From assembly GCA_002269645.1 (NCBI GenBank), contig NIVC01002102.1, positions 1 to 64,000 on the forward strand: a stretch of DNA of 64,000 nucleotides. Reading direction: 5' to 3'. The notes beneath the pieces were generated by a model that had not been told where the DNA came from, ran no database searches, and saw only the letters and a program-made list of their open reading frames with translations. Of the stretch, positions 26,401 through 38,599 are shown in pieces; position 1 is the stretch's first letter, and each line of letters starts with the position of its first letter. Made by a program: the position numbers and the translations under genes. This stretch comes from Macrostomum lignano (Eukaryota).

Positions 26401-27778
26401 AATCTGCAGCCGACTTGGGCTCTGAAGAAAATCCGGCCTCACAGCCGCGGCGCTGATCTCCAGCTGCTGCAGGTAGGTGAAGATGTCCTTGACGTAGGCT
26501 GACACCAGCAGGCAGTCTCTGCTATCCTCGGACTCATTGTCCACATCGCCGACCTACGAGATGCATGAGATTTATGAGAAACCTCAGTTGCTGATGCTGA
26601 TATAAGATAACTGAAATAAACTAGCCGATAAATAATAGACAGGTCACAACCAGCGCTGCGGCACTGCTGGCCATTCCGCTGGCTCCTGAGCACACACAAG
26701 CGCACCAATACTGTACACAGACACGCACTCATGCACACGCTCACACTGGGTGTACAGCAGCATGTACACTTTCTGTGCCTTAGGGGTTGATCCTAATGGT
26801 TTCAAATTGCACGACATTACATACATGCGCAACCTTGGGATTCACCCGGCCGTTTCGATTGGCAACACACACATGATGATGCAAGTCGCTATTGGCTGAG
26901 AGCAGTCACGTGACTACTATTCTGTCCAATAGCGACTTTTATGTGCGTTGCCAATAGAAACGGCCGAGTGAATGATGTAAGTCGCTATTGGCTGAGAGCA
27001 GTCACGTGACTACTATTCTGTCCAATAGCGACTTTTATGTGCGTTGCCAATAGAAACGGCCGAGTGAATGATGTAAGTCGCTATTGGCTGAGAGCAGTCA
27101 CGTGACTACTATTCTGTCCAATAGCGACTTTTATGTGCGTTGCCAATAGAAACGGCCGAGTGAATGATGTAAGTCGCTATTGGCTGAGAGCAGTCACGTG
27201 ACTACTATTCTGTCCAATAGCGACTTTTATGTGTGTTGCCAATAGAAACGGCCGAGTGAATGATGTAAGTCGCTATTGGCTGAGAGCAGTCATGTGACTA
27301 CTATTCTGTCCAATAGCGACTTTTATGTGTGTTGACAATAGAAACGGCCGAGTGAATGCCAAGGTTGCGCCCAAGCATGCACGACAAGCCTCAAATGAAT
27401 GTGGCAGCGCAGGGAATCGAACCAGGGCTCCTGACACAAGAGTCAGACACTACCTCAAACAAACCTCAGAGTACTTCTTCTTCAGCGACTCGGTGCACCT
27501 GTCCGCAGCATTGCCAGTCGCCGGAACTGCCGCAGCAGCTGGTGGCACATCAACAACAGCAGGCTTAGCCTTGACAGCCGGCAGTCTGACAGCTTTGTTA
27601 TTATTGCCTGGCTTAGCAGAGGCGGCATTCTCTTTGTTTTTATTTTTGGAGGCCGCGGCGGCAGCGCCCGGCTTGGACAGAGCAGCCGGCTGCTGTTGAC
27701 CGGCTTTCGCTGGGGCTTCGCCGCCTCGCCGATGCAAGCGAAGCCCTGCGGCCTTGTTGATGTCGGCAACTTTGAGAC
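23449..27778 (-). CDS. CCNB: B-type cyclin; first coding exon not located
   Basis: Exons 27778-27465, 26553-26359, 25711-25501, 24574-24205 and 23560-23449 join in frame. Motifs SAYVKDIFTYL, cyclin box MRTILCDWLVQVH, LLPESLYLT..IID.F, QLIGVSAMLLASKYEEIYPP, LGYPLPIHFLRRYSK, AKYLAEL. Confidence 0.93.
23595..24175. repeat. ~40-bp minisatellite with a 12-bp palindrome (GGTCAGCTGACC), last cyclin B intron
   Basis: About 14 units of TGAATGACTAGGGAGAGGTCAGCTGACCCCCATCGCACAC, leaving only ~30 nt unique at each intron end. Confidence 0.95.
24730..25110. repeat. ~38-bp minisatellite (TGACTTGTACAGGAAGCAGGGGTTCCAGTACAGAATGA), cyclin B intron
   Basis: Tandem units with degenerate edges. Confidence 0.9.
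25356..25427 (+). tRNA. tRNA-iMet: Initiator tRNA-Met (CAT), second identical copy, antisense in a cyclin B intron
   Basis: Identical 72 nt to 21297-21368. A T-run terminator follows at ~25437. Confidence 0.97.
25745..26340. repeat. 22-bp minisatellite (GAGTGGAATAGAGTGGACAGCA) x~27, cyclin B intron
   Basis: Homogeneous on the acceptor side, degenerate on the donor side. Confidence 0.96.
26827..27370. repeat. Palindromic MITE-like element whose right 96 bp is amplified 5x in tandem
   Basis: Units start at 26885, 26981, 27077, 27173 and 27269. The outer arms GCGCAACCTTGG.ATTCAC.CGGCCGTTTC.ATTGGCAAC and GTTG.CAATAGAAACGGCCGAGTGAATGCCAAGGTTGCGC are inverted repeats. Confidence 0.88.
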
Positions 27779-27894
27779 CTGGTGTAGCAAAATGGTTTTA
27801 TTTAGTTGGAATAAGTTTGGTACATTTTTAGCCTGTCGTTTTGAAAATTTATATACAATTATACAGGGTGATGAAACAACTGAAACAGCTACAA

Positions 27895-28015
27895 TAGTTA
27901 CTGGAAGGTTGGGAGCTCGATTCCCGATCCCACTGGAACAATTTGTGTCCTTGAGCAAGACCCTTAACTCTACAAGCGTACATTGCTTCAGTTCACCCAG
28001 CTGTCAAACTAGTAA
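27895..28015 (+). mobile_element. CORE-type SINE family A copy
   Basis: GCTCGATTCCCGATCCCACTGGAACAATTTGTGTCCTTGAGCAAGACCCTTAACTC...CATTGCTTCAGTTCACCCAGCTG matches the 18478-18659 and 54475-54615 copies. Confidence 0.7.
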
Positions 28016-28214
28016 ATAATGAAGTCATTTTGTATGATGCTAGCAATAAATGACAACCTCTTTGCCATAGATAAGTATGTCAAAAAGACTTAATAAGATA
28101 ATAATGAAGGACACATTCATATATTTTTTGCACATGGCCCTACAGTATGTCTTAGCTAGAAGTGGCGTCCTTGTAGTCATCTTTATTGCTACTACCTATT
28201 CAAATCTATTCAAA

Positions 28215-28430
28215 TGGTCAGGAAGTGGGTGGAAGAAATTTGAGAAGGACGGGACAACATGGAGGACAAAGGACATTCTAGACAACCAAGAACTGCAACA
28301 ATAGATGCCAATGCTGATTGCATAATGGCTGCTATGAGTGAAGACAATAGAAGGACATGCAGTGAGCTGGAGGAACTCATTGGCATTCCCCACAGCATTG
28401 TGCACAACATTCTGACCAAGAATTTAGGCT
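28215..28430 (+). pseudogene. Mariner-type transposase HTH fragment
   Basis: EDKGHSRQPRTATIDANADCIMAAMSEDNRRTCSELEELIGIPHSIVHNILTKNLG resembles the mariner motif ED..RSGRP.T.....N...V...I.EDRR.T..E.AE.LGIS..SV..IL...LG. Frameshifted. Confidence 0.7.
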
Positions 28431-30559
28431 TATACACCTTTTTCCATTCTATTTTGGCAAACGTGCAATCAAAGTCGAAATCTTTTCATTCAATTCAGAT
28501 AGTTTATGGTAGTTCTTGGCCAGATGTGCATTCAATTCCGACAAATGTGCTTTCAAAAGCAACAATTTTAAAACAAAGCAAACAAGCTACCACGAGAAAC
28601 CAACACTTTGCAATCAATTCAAACAATTTGCAATAAATTCCGACAGTTGGCTATGAATTGGCTTTTTCTGTCCTCCTATCTATGGCTCATACTGCGAAAT
28701 TTCCAATCAATTCCAACAAATTTCAATCCAATGGTAGTGTGAGCCAATGGTAGTGTCTTTGTGGCCAGCATTTTGGATCTAGAAAGCAGGTGAACAATAG
28801 TGCTTTATCAGCTCTCCAACATCTGGCAATTGCCAGCTGCAGGCCTGCCTTTAAAATGTGAGTGCGCCATTAGGAAAAGTGTGTTGAGTTTGGTGGCCAA
28901 TTTATAGAGTGATAAATACTTCAAGTTGTAATTGGACAAAGTTAACATTTTTTAAACTACTTGTTCATTGTTAGTAGCTGACCAAAACTTACTTTTGGGA
29001 TACACCTTCTATTCATAAAAAGTCAAGGTCAAAGCTAAGATTTTTTGGTATTCATATGGGCATGTTGTGCTTTCAGCATAGTCAGTTATATGTTACGTTC
29101 AGTCATGCTTGTGACCCTAAACATTCCAAAGTATTGGCATCTGGAAAACAAACACAGAACATAGTTTAAAGCATTTTTTTAATTGATTAGTTTTATTTTT
29201 GTGTCACTATACTTCATTCTTCTCTATTTATCACCTTAAGTTAAGTAGCTAATAGCTGATTCTACTTAACTGCAGTTAAAATAGCTATCCAATCTTGAAT
29301 GAAATGAAGTTTTGAAATAAAAAATGAAAATGAAACTATAGTTCTTTAATAAGGAAGAATTTAGATGTCTTGTAACAACATTAAAAAGATATACTTATTT
29401 CCATCATTTTTAATACTATTATATTTAATAGTAAAATATTATTATAGCTTATACCTGCTATGATTATCTCTCTTTTATCATATCATATCATTTTAGTATC
29501 TTTCAACATAACCAATAGAGCTAGAATTGAATTTAAATATAAAAATAGGCTAATTGAGCACAATGTTATTTACTATCTTTGCTAGGCAAATAAAATTCTT
29601 GCCCATAAAGTGCTTATTTGGGACTAGGCCTATGGGACATTAGACAAATATATAAAAATTTTACTTTAACTTAAAAAAACTTTTGATATAAACTTTCTTT
29701 TGAAATATATATAAGCTACTAGTGAACCGATATACAATCCTTTCAATTTCAAATAAACAAAGTTAGTTGATCAGCTAACTTTTGCTTTCTTTTCATTTGA
29801 AACTACTGTCAGGTTTTTATGTCTTAGTTTTGAACATGCCATTTCTACATTGTAGTAAGCAAAATATAAGGTGATTGTAAACCAAAACTGGAAAAATAGG
29901 TGATTGTAAACTGAAACTGGCAAAATAGACAGTGATTGTAAAACCAAAAGACCACACTCCGGATCATGTAGTCCTATATACTAAAAATGAGTTGTCTGTG
30001 GGTAGGTAGGTATGCGATAGATTTCAGAAAAAATGGCTCAACCGATTTTCTTCAAACTTGCACCATTTGATCAGAAATTTTCCTGGGACGGTACATGCAT
30101 CTTGGCTAAGAAATTGCTCTATGATAAAGGGATTAAATATTCGAAAAACATGCTTTTTTGCAAAGGTCAAGCAAAATTTTCGACTTGAAATGCATTGTAA
30201 GAATGCTAGAGAAAAAACTGACTGGCTGAATTCCGATTGTGATAAAGATTGCATCACAACAAGTTGAAAACAGTGTCGAAGAAATGCACACACGACTTGA
30301 TTAAAATTGCGTAACCATATTGCTAACTTAAATTGAGACTGATACTGGCTGACTGAAAAATTGATTATGTCATAACTTTTTACTTCAATTGACTTGCTGT
30401 AAGAATTGAGTTATAAGGGCCACAATTCACGTTCTCCAATTGAAAAGAGATAGCCAAGATGCGAACAGACTGGAATGCTAATGTAGCGACCTGGGTTCGA
30501 ATCTTAGTAGTGCAAAAAGATTTTTTTGTCAAAACACCTTAAAAAGACAACAAAACTGC

Positions 30560-33270
30560 TAAACATAATAGAAGCGCAATGTCAAACATAGAAGAGCCAC
30601 CATGTCGAACATTAAAGAGCCACCATGCCAAACATTAAAGAGCCACCATGTCAAACATTAAAGAGCCACCATGTCGAACATTAAAGAGCCACCATATCAA
30701 ACATACATGTAGAAGAACCACCATGTTAAACATAGAAGAGCCACCATGTCGAACATTAAGGAGCCAACATTTTGAATGTAAAAGAGTTACCATGTCAAAC
30801 AAAAAATAAGCACTATGTCAAACATATACGTGACTCCATGTCAACGATTAAAAAGCCACCATTTCAAACATAGAAGAGCCACCATGTCAAACCTAAACAA
30901 GCCACCACGTCTAACATTTAAGAGCCACCATGTCAAACATTTAAGAGCCACCATGTCAAACATTTAAGAGCCACCATGTCAAACATTTAAGAGCCACCAT
31001 GTCAAACATATATGTGACTTTATGTCAAACTGTAAAGAGCCACCATTTCGAACATTAAACAGCCACTTTGTCAAACATTAGAGAGCCGCCGTGTCAAACA
31101 TAAAAGAGCCACCAGGTTAAACATTAAAGAGCCACCATGTCAAACATAAAAGAGCCACCATGTCAAACATTAAAAAGCCACCATGTCGAACATAAAAGAG
31201 CCACCATGTAGAATATTAAAGAGCCACCATGAAGAACATTAAAGAGCCACCATGTCAAACATTTAAGAGCCACCATGAAGAACATTTAAGAGCCACCATC
31301 TCAAACATATATGTGACTTTATGTCAAACTTTAAAGAGCCACCATTTCGAACATTAAATAGCCACTTTGTCAAACACTAGAGAGCCGCCGTGTCAAACAT
31401 AAAAGAGCCACCAGGTTAAACATTAAAGAGCCACCATGTCAAACAATAAAGAGCCACCATGGCGAACATTAAAGAGTTACCATGTCAAACATAAAAGAGC
31501 CACCATGTCAGACATTTAAAGCCACCGTATTGAACATAAAAGAGCCACCATGGCGAACATTAAAGAGCTACCATGTCAAACATTAAAAAGCTATCATGTC
31601 AAACACAAAATAGCCACCATGTCAAACATAGAAGAGACACTATGTCAAACGTATAAGTGACTCCATGTCAAACATTAAAGAGCCACCATGGCGAACATTA
31701 AAAAGCCACCATGTCAAACATAAAAGTGCCACCATGTCAAACATTAAAGAGCCACCATGTCGAACATTAAAGAGCCACCATAGCGAACATTAAAGAGCCA
31801 CCCTGTAAAACATAAAAGAGCCACCATGTCAAACATTTAAGAGCCACCATTGCGAACATTAAAGGGCCACCATGTCAAACATAAAAGAGCCACCATGTCA
31901 AACATAAAAGAGCCACCATGTCAAACATAAAAGAGCCACCATGTCAAACATTAAAGAGCCACCATGGCAAACATTTAAGAGCCACCATGCCAAACATAAA
32001 AGAGCCACCATGTCAAACATAAAAGAGCCACCATGTCAAACATTAAAGAGCCACCATGGCGAACATAAAAGAGCAACAATGTCAAACATAAAAGAGCCAC
32101 CATGTCAAACATAAAAGTGCCATTATGTCAAAAATATACGTGATTCCATGTCAAACATTAAAGAGCCACCATGTCAAACATTAAAGAGCTATCATGTCAA
32201 ACACAGAATAGCCACCATGTAAAACATAAAAGTGCCACCATGTCAAACATAAAAGTGCCACCATGTCAAACATTAAAGAGCCACCATGGCAAACATTAAA
32301 GAGTTACCATGTCAAACATAAAAGAGCCACCATGTCAAACATTAAAGAGCCACCATGGCGAACATTAAAGAGCGACCATGTCGAATATTAAAGGGCCACC
32401 GTGTCAAACATTAAAGAGCCACCATGTCGAATATTAAAGGGCCACCGTGTCAAACATTAAAGAGCCACCATGGCGAACATTAAAGAGTGACCATGTCGAA
32501 TATTAAAGGGCCACCGTGTCAAACATTAAAGAGCCACCATGTCAAACATTAAAGAGCCATCATGTCAAACATAAAAAAACTATCATGTCAAACACAAAGG
32601 AGCTACCATGTCAAACATAGAAGAGCCACCATGTCAAACATTAAAGAGCCACCATGTCAAACATATATGTGACTTTATGTCAAACTGTAAAGAGCCACCA
32701 TTTCGAACATTAAATAGCCACTTTGTCAAACATTAGAGAGCCGCCGTGTCAAACATAAAAGAGCCACCAGGTTAAACATTAAAGAGCCACCATGTCAAAC
32801 ACAGAATAGCCACCATGTAAAACATAGAAGAGACACTATGTCAAATGTATACGTGACTCCATGTCAAACATTACAGAGCAGCCATGGCGAACATTAAAGA
32901 GCCACCATGTCAAAAATAAAAGAGCTACCATGTCAAACACTAAAGAGCCACCATGGCGAACATTAAAAAGCCACCATGTCAAACATAAAAGTGCCACCAT
33001 GTCAAACATTAAAGAGCCACCATGGCGAACATTAAAGAGCCACCATGTCAAACATTAAAGAGCCACCATGTAAAATATAAAAGAGCCACCTTGTCAAACA
33101 TTAAAGAGCCATCATGTCAAACATAAAAGAGCCATCATGTGAAACATTAAAGAGCTATCATGTCAAACACAAAAGAGCTACCATGTCAAACATAGAAGAG
33201 CTACCATGTCAAACATTAAAGAGCCACCTTTTTAAACAAAAAAGAGACCCTATTTCAAACATAAAAGAAG
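30560..33270. repeat. 23-bp satellite (AAAGAGCCACCATGTCAAACATT) x~115 with higher-order structure
   Basis: Period 23 verified at 30640/30663. A variant block recurs at 31011, 31310 (299 bp = 13 monomers) and 32666. Confidence 0.96.
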
Positions 33271-33339
33271 TGTCATGCCAAACAAAATGGAACCATTATA
33301 AAGCTAAGGAAATTGTTGCACTAGCAACTTGTTCTCTGG

Positions 33340-33790
33340 TGGATGCTTGCTTTTTAAGGATGGATACTTGCTTACAGGGGATGCTTGCTCTTGTGGGTGG
33401 AGGGTACTTGCTATCTGAGAGGGGGTTGCTAGATATCTATAAGGTATCTTTGTATCCAGGTTATGCTTGCTATCAGGGGTTGCTTGCTGTCTGGGGGATG
33501 CTTGGGATCTGGGGGATGCTTGCGAACTGGGGGATGCTTGCTATATGGGGTCTGAGGGAATGCTTGCTATCTGCGGGATGCTTGCTATCTGGCGGTGCTT
33601 GCTATCGGGGGGATGCTTGCTATCTGGGGAATGCTTGCTATCTGGGGTCTGGGGGAATGCTTGCTATCTGGGGATGCTTGCTATCTGGGGGATGCTTGCT
33701 ACCTGGGGGATGCTTGCAGTCTGGGGGATGCTTGCTATTTGGGGATCGATGCTTGAATGCTTTCTGAGGATGCTTGCTGTCTTGGGATGT
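33340..33790. repeat. ~18-bp degenerate minisatellite (GGGGATGCTTGCTATCTG)
   Basis: Visible tandem units. Confidence 0.88.
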
Positions 33791-36700
33791 TTTGTTTTTA
33801 GAGGGAATGTCTGTTGTTGTTTCTTGAAGGTTTTATTTCGCTGTCTATTTGTTATTTGTAAAGAACAAGGATTCTATCCAGATGTCCCCCATCGGGGGGC
33901 GAAGATTGCTAGTATATGCCTAAAAATTTGGGCATGCATTGGCCTTGCATGCCAAAATTAGGTTCCATCACTCCTGAGAAAATAGTATACATGCACACCT
34001 GGCATGCACTTTATAGAATCATATGTAAAAGTTATTGTGAAATAAAAAAGATGAAAAAAGTTCATTTTTAAGCACAAATTAACTTTCCAGATTTTTAAGC
34101 TTGTAAATGAGCATTTAAAAAAATCTTTGCATGCATAAATTTTTTACTGTAAATAGTATCACCAAAAAAGCATAAAAGCAACCAAATTATTTAGTAATAA
34201 AGGTCTATTATATATTTTTTTGTAACAATGTAAAAAAGGTCATTTATTGTTGCAACACTAGCATATTTTTAAGAATGGGCCTGCACTATATTTTTTCAAC
34301 ATGCATTTGTAATTATTCAATTTTTGTTCGGGTATGCACCCAGCATAATCTGGACTGTGACCAAAAGATTGCCAAATAATATAGTAAAAATATAAAACTT
34401 ATTACATTAGAAGCATAAACAAACGTGTATCTAAAAATATTTTTACCAAGTGACCTAAACATTGACCTATAGTATAAGCCTAGGCTATACATGTGTATAA
34501 AGTTTTGTTCATAATAAATAAGGTTTGCAATAGAGACAGCAAATGCATTATCATCATTGGATGAGGCTTATAACAATGCTTATAACATCCAGCCAATCGT
34601 ATTCAACTGCAAACTTTGCCTTTAATAATCTTAACCACAATTTGTTTACTTTTCTTTTTCAATAGATAGGCCTATTTAGATTTTAAATTATATTTCTTTA
34701 AAATATTGCAATAAACAAAGTTATATTTACAGAAAATGACATCTTATTATAATTCTTTTTGAATAAAATTTAATATCTCATTAGGCCCATGAAAAAATAG
34801 CTTTATAAGCTATGTAGCTATACTTAAATTTTTCTTTTTAAAGTCATTGTCTGCCAGCAGACAAAAAGGCAATAGACAAAATGACTATGTACTTACTCCA
34901 TAAGCCTAACCCTAACAAAAATTTTTGCACATACTTCAAAAATGTTATATAGGCTATTACTAGAGATATGAAAGAGAAATGTTGCCAAAATACACTCTAG
35001 CACAAGGTCTTCCAGACTTAACTTTTTGAACCCTAACAAAAATTTTTGCACATACTTCAAAAATGTTATATAGGCTATTACTAGAGCTATGAAAGAGAAA
35101 TGTTGCCAAAATACACTCTAGCACAAGGTCTTCCTGACTTAACTTTTTGAATTATATACAATACAACGCAAAAAAGCATCTTACCCTTCATTCTTAGAAA
35201 TATTGTATGAAGACAAAGCTAGATAGTAGCCTCAGATGTGTACTTTAAATTTAGAATTAAAAATACAAATTGAATAATAAATAAGTAGGTAGAGATAATT
35301 TTTTAAACTATATACAGCACGTTTGCTTAGTAGACTGAACTAAGAGTTAGCTTGAGACTGGCTTATGCTTTTCAATTTACTATTTTGTGTAATTAGGAGG
35401 CTGGAAGTAGTACACTTTCTTTGATAACTGCAGTTAGAAGTATTGTAGCATAGGTCTCAATTCATAGGTCAGTCACATAAGCGAGATTTCGGGCCCCTCG
35501 GAGTTCTAGAATTTTAAAACAACGACTAAATCCAATCAAAATCTAATCTTGTGTGGCAAAAAAATAACAAAGCTTTGTTAATATTTGCTTTATTTAAATT
35601 AATATTCCTAAGTACTGTATTTCTTAAGTGCTGCTTTGTTAACAACGGTTTTATATTTAAGCTGGGGTTTTCTAGGAAACTTTTTAGCGCGCGCGTTTAT
35701 TGAGCGTCGGTATAGGTACGATGCGCAAAAGTTAGTTAGCACAATTTGAAATTATTTTATGTCTTAAATTTCAAATGTAGGCCTATGTCAATTAATTATT
35801 AATAATATGATTAGCTTATTCATTCAAAACTATACGAAAAATTTTTTTTAACTTTTAGTATAGACAAAAAATTATCATTTGTATTTTTAATATAATATTA
35901 CTAGCAACTCACTTATAGCTTAGCTCAATTGTTAATCCCTTTCATAGTCAAGAAAGTGGGTCTATGCCTTGTTTTTGCAACAGATAGATTTGGTATGCAT
36001 AATCAATATATAAATTTGTTATAAAAACAATTTTTTATTTATCTAACATTTCTTTTTATTCTTTATTTTTAATATTATCTAGTAAGTGTTCAAGTAGTAG
36101 GACACTAAATTGGCTCTCCTAAATTGCTTTTATTTAATTTTTTCTATTGAGTCCACTTAGGACTAGCTATTGGTTAACTGAACTTGCTTAGCATAACCAA
36201 CCATTGTCCTTTTTTGCTATAATTTAATAACAAAAAATTATTCTTTTTTTCTTACTACTATCAAAGCTTTCCTTTACTATAAAAAAACTAAATCAATTTA
36301 AAAATGCCTATTTCTTGAACCAAAACTATAAAAAAATCATGAGAAAATGATAGAAAGTAAAAAAACTAATAAAGAAAATTGGTTTTTTGTCATATGATTA
36401 TAATATATAATAGAGATTAGAAAATCTCTATAAAATGCTAAAATAGAATTATAAAATTATAAAATAGAATTATAACAAAGATTGATTTAGATAAAAAGGC
36501 TAGCCTCTTTAATTAAAATACATTAGATTCAAACAAATTTATAAGTTTATAATTCTAGCTTTTCTTTAGACATATTTATAAATAAAATGCTAAATGAGTA
36601 AATATATATTAGAAAATTAGCATAGGTACAAAGATATAAAAAATGTAATAACACAACATATGCAAATAAAAAATTCCTAATAGGCAAAATATAATACTGA

Positions 36701-36985
36701 ATATAGGTACAAAGATTGAATATTAGCATGAAATCAATATAATAGAATTAAATTTGTTTGTAAAGTTCCTCAATTTTATTCATATTAAAACCTTCAAGAA
36801 ATAAATCATAGAATAGCTACCTGATTAAAGTGGCTAGTAGCAAACTATGAGCCACATTCCCTTAATGATTAGTAGAGTCCTACAGTAAAGCTACCTAGCT
36901 ATCTCTAGATCATGCAAGGTATAGTTTACCTCTTGCTGCTGAAGTACTTGCATTTTTCAAATCTTGACAGGTATTCAAATCCTAC

Positions 36986-37941
36986 TGTTACAACTAATAA
37001 AGTGCTAGTGATTCTTGGGTTAATGTCTGGTATCGTCTTGAGATAGCCTGACAGGTCTTTGAGTAGCGTGCCACTGCTACTAATATTGTATAGGCATCTC
37101 GCTTAGGTTTTTTCTCAAGCCCTCTTTCTTAAAAACAGTATTTGTAGCATAGGTAGTGCTGCCACCAGCTTCTTGGAGTCCCAGCCTTCAGTGAGGTGCT
37201 GATCTTGTAGAAGCAAATAAATAAGACAAGAGAGAGACAAGCACTTTGTGCAGATTTGGCAGTTCTTTATCAAGGGTGTCCACAGTTAGCAGTTCCTATC
37301 AGGCTTATGAGGGGTAAGATAGATGGTGCTAGCTCTGCAAACTTAGCACATGGGGCTTAGAGATTTTGGCTGAAAGGTGGGCTGCAAGGCCGAGAAATGG
37401 AAAGGCAGGCTAATAAGAACTTGTCTGAACCAAGCCATGAGAGGGGCTGCATTTATAGAAGGAATCGATTGGACCACAAAAACTGCAAGTCATGATTGAC
37501 TCTGTTGCAAACAGGTTTGTCTCAGATGAGACAGGGGTCTAGGCGCATGTGATTTCCCTATAAACACAAGCCCAGCATATCATTGTACTTTGGACTGAAA
37601 AGAAGGAAGAGGGCCCTGTCATGTGACTGGCTCAGAGCACATGACAGGGGAAAAAAGCCCACAGTGAAGTCACTCATGTCCTTGGGACCAGAAAACAGAA
37701 TGGCACTCCAGAAATAGAAGTGCCAAATGGAGAACAAAACAGAGGTAGGCTAGACCAAGCTGTCTTGGCACTGCAAACAAGAGCACAAGACACAAGGGGG
37801 CAAACAAGGATAGACAAACAGACAACCAAGGACAGGCAAGAAGGGACAGGCAACTGCCTAGTGGCAGACAGAAGCCTGGGGTGAGGGCAAGGGAAATAGC
37901 TAACTAGTGCGGCGCCTAAACTAAACTAGTGACTCATTATA
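36986..37941 (-). mobile_element. Old, CpG-decayed solo LTR related to 50047-51042
   Basis: Shared minus-strand blocks with the young LTR: CCCT.GCCCTC.CCC..G...CTGTCTGCC.CT, CTGTCATGTG..AGTCACATGACAG, TATAAAT..CCCCTCTC and CACCTCA..GAAGGC.G.GAC...AAG.A.CTGGTGGCAGCACTACCTA.GCTAC. The lower boundary is approximate. Confidence 0.7.
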
Positions 37942-38599
37942 CTCTCCCCATTCAAATAGAGGCAGAGTAAAGTGGCGCGCGTTTTATTTAAAATCAAATG
38001 CAAAAAAGGTTTAATAATAAAAAACTTTGAAAAATTAAATGCAAGACTGCTGATCTCAATGCTATGGCTTGACTAAGGCCAAAGATGACAGCCCGATACT
38101 GCGCCAGCCTGCTAAGAAGACGCCTAAATATGGTTGGGGGCACCAGCCCACAGAGCTGGCGCCTACTGGTAAATATGGTAGAAAAACACAACTTAGGGCT
38201 CCAACCCAAAATTAGCACCTAAAAATGGCTCGCGCAGCACCTTCCCTGAATACAATAAGGGTGGCCAGCCCCAGAAAAGCCAAAGGACTGAGCTACAGGC
38301 TTATAAAACCATGCAGAAGAAAAAGAGGCGATCATTTGCCAAAAGGGCACAGGCACTTGCCAAAAATAAATGCTGGGTAGGCCATAGAATTCTAGATTAC
38401 TACTGGAAGTGAAGGCTTTTTGGGGAGTGTACACAATCGGGCCGACTTGAAAACTTGCTTCATATTGAATAATACAAAAGTGATACTAATTTTTAAAAAA
38501 TTCATTCCTATTAATTATTTTAGTGAAATTTACCTGTTATCTAGTAGAAATATTGAACGATTATAATGATATTCACCAAGAGATAAAAACTTACAGGTC

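Noticed and set aside
26885-27357. CRISPR-like palindromic direct repeats
   Set aside because: There are no unique spacers (units are contiguous and near-identical), no cas genes, and the context is a eukaryotic intron.
27395-27455. tRNA-like sequence on the minus strand (also a B-box-like GGGTTCGAATC at ~30493)
   Set aside because: No complete cloverleaf; these are most likely decayed SINE heads.
30560-33270. Dozens of perfect Kozak sequences (GCCACCATG) in the 23-bp satellite
   Set aside because: This is a by-product of the monomer sequence. There is no sustained ORF, and the vertebrate Kozak consensus need not apply here.
34910-35150. ~121-bp tandem duplication (also a ~92-bp duplication at 57453-57630)
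   Set aside because: Ordinary two-copy local duplications in AT-rich DNA with no functional cue.
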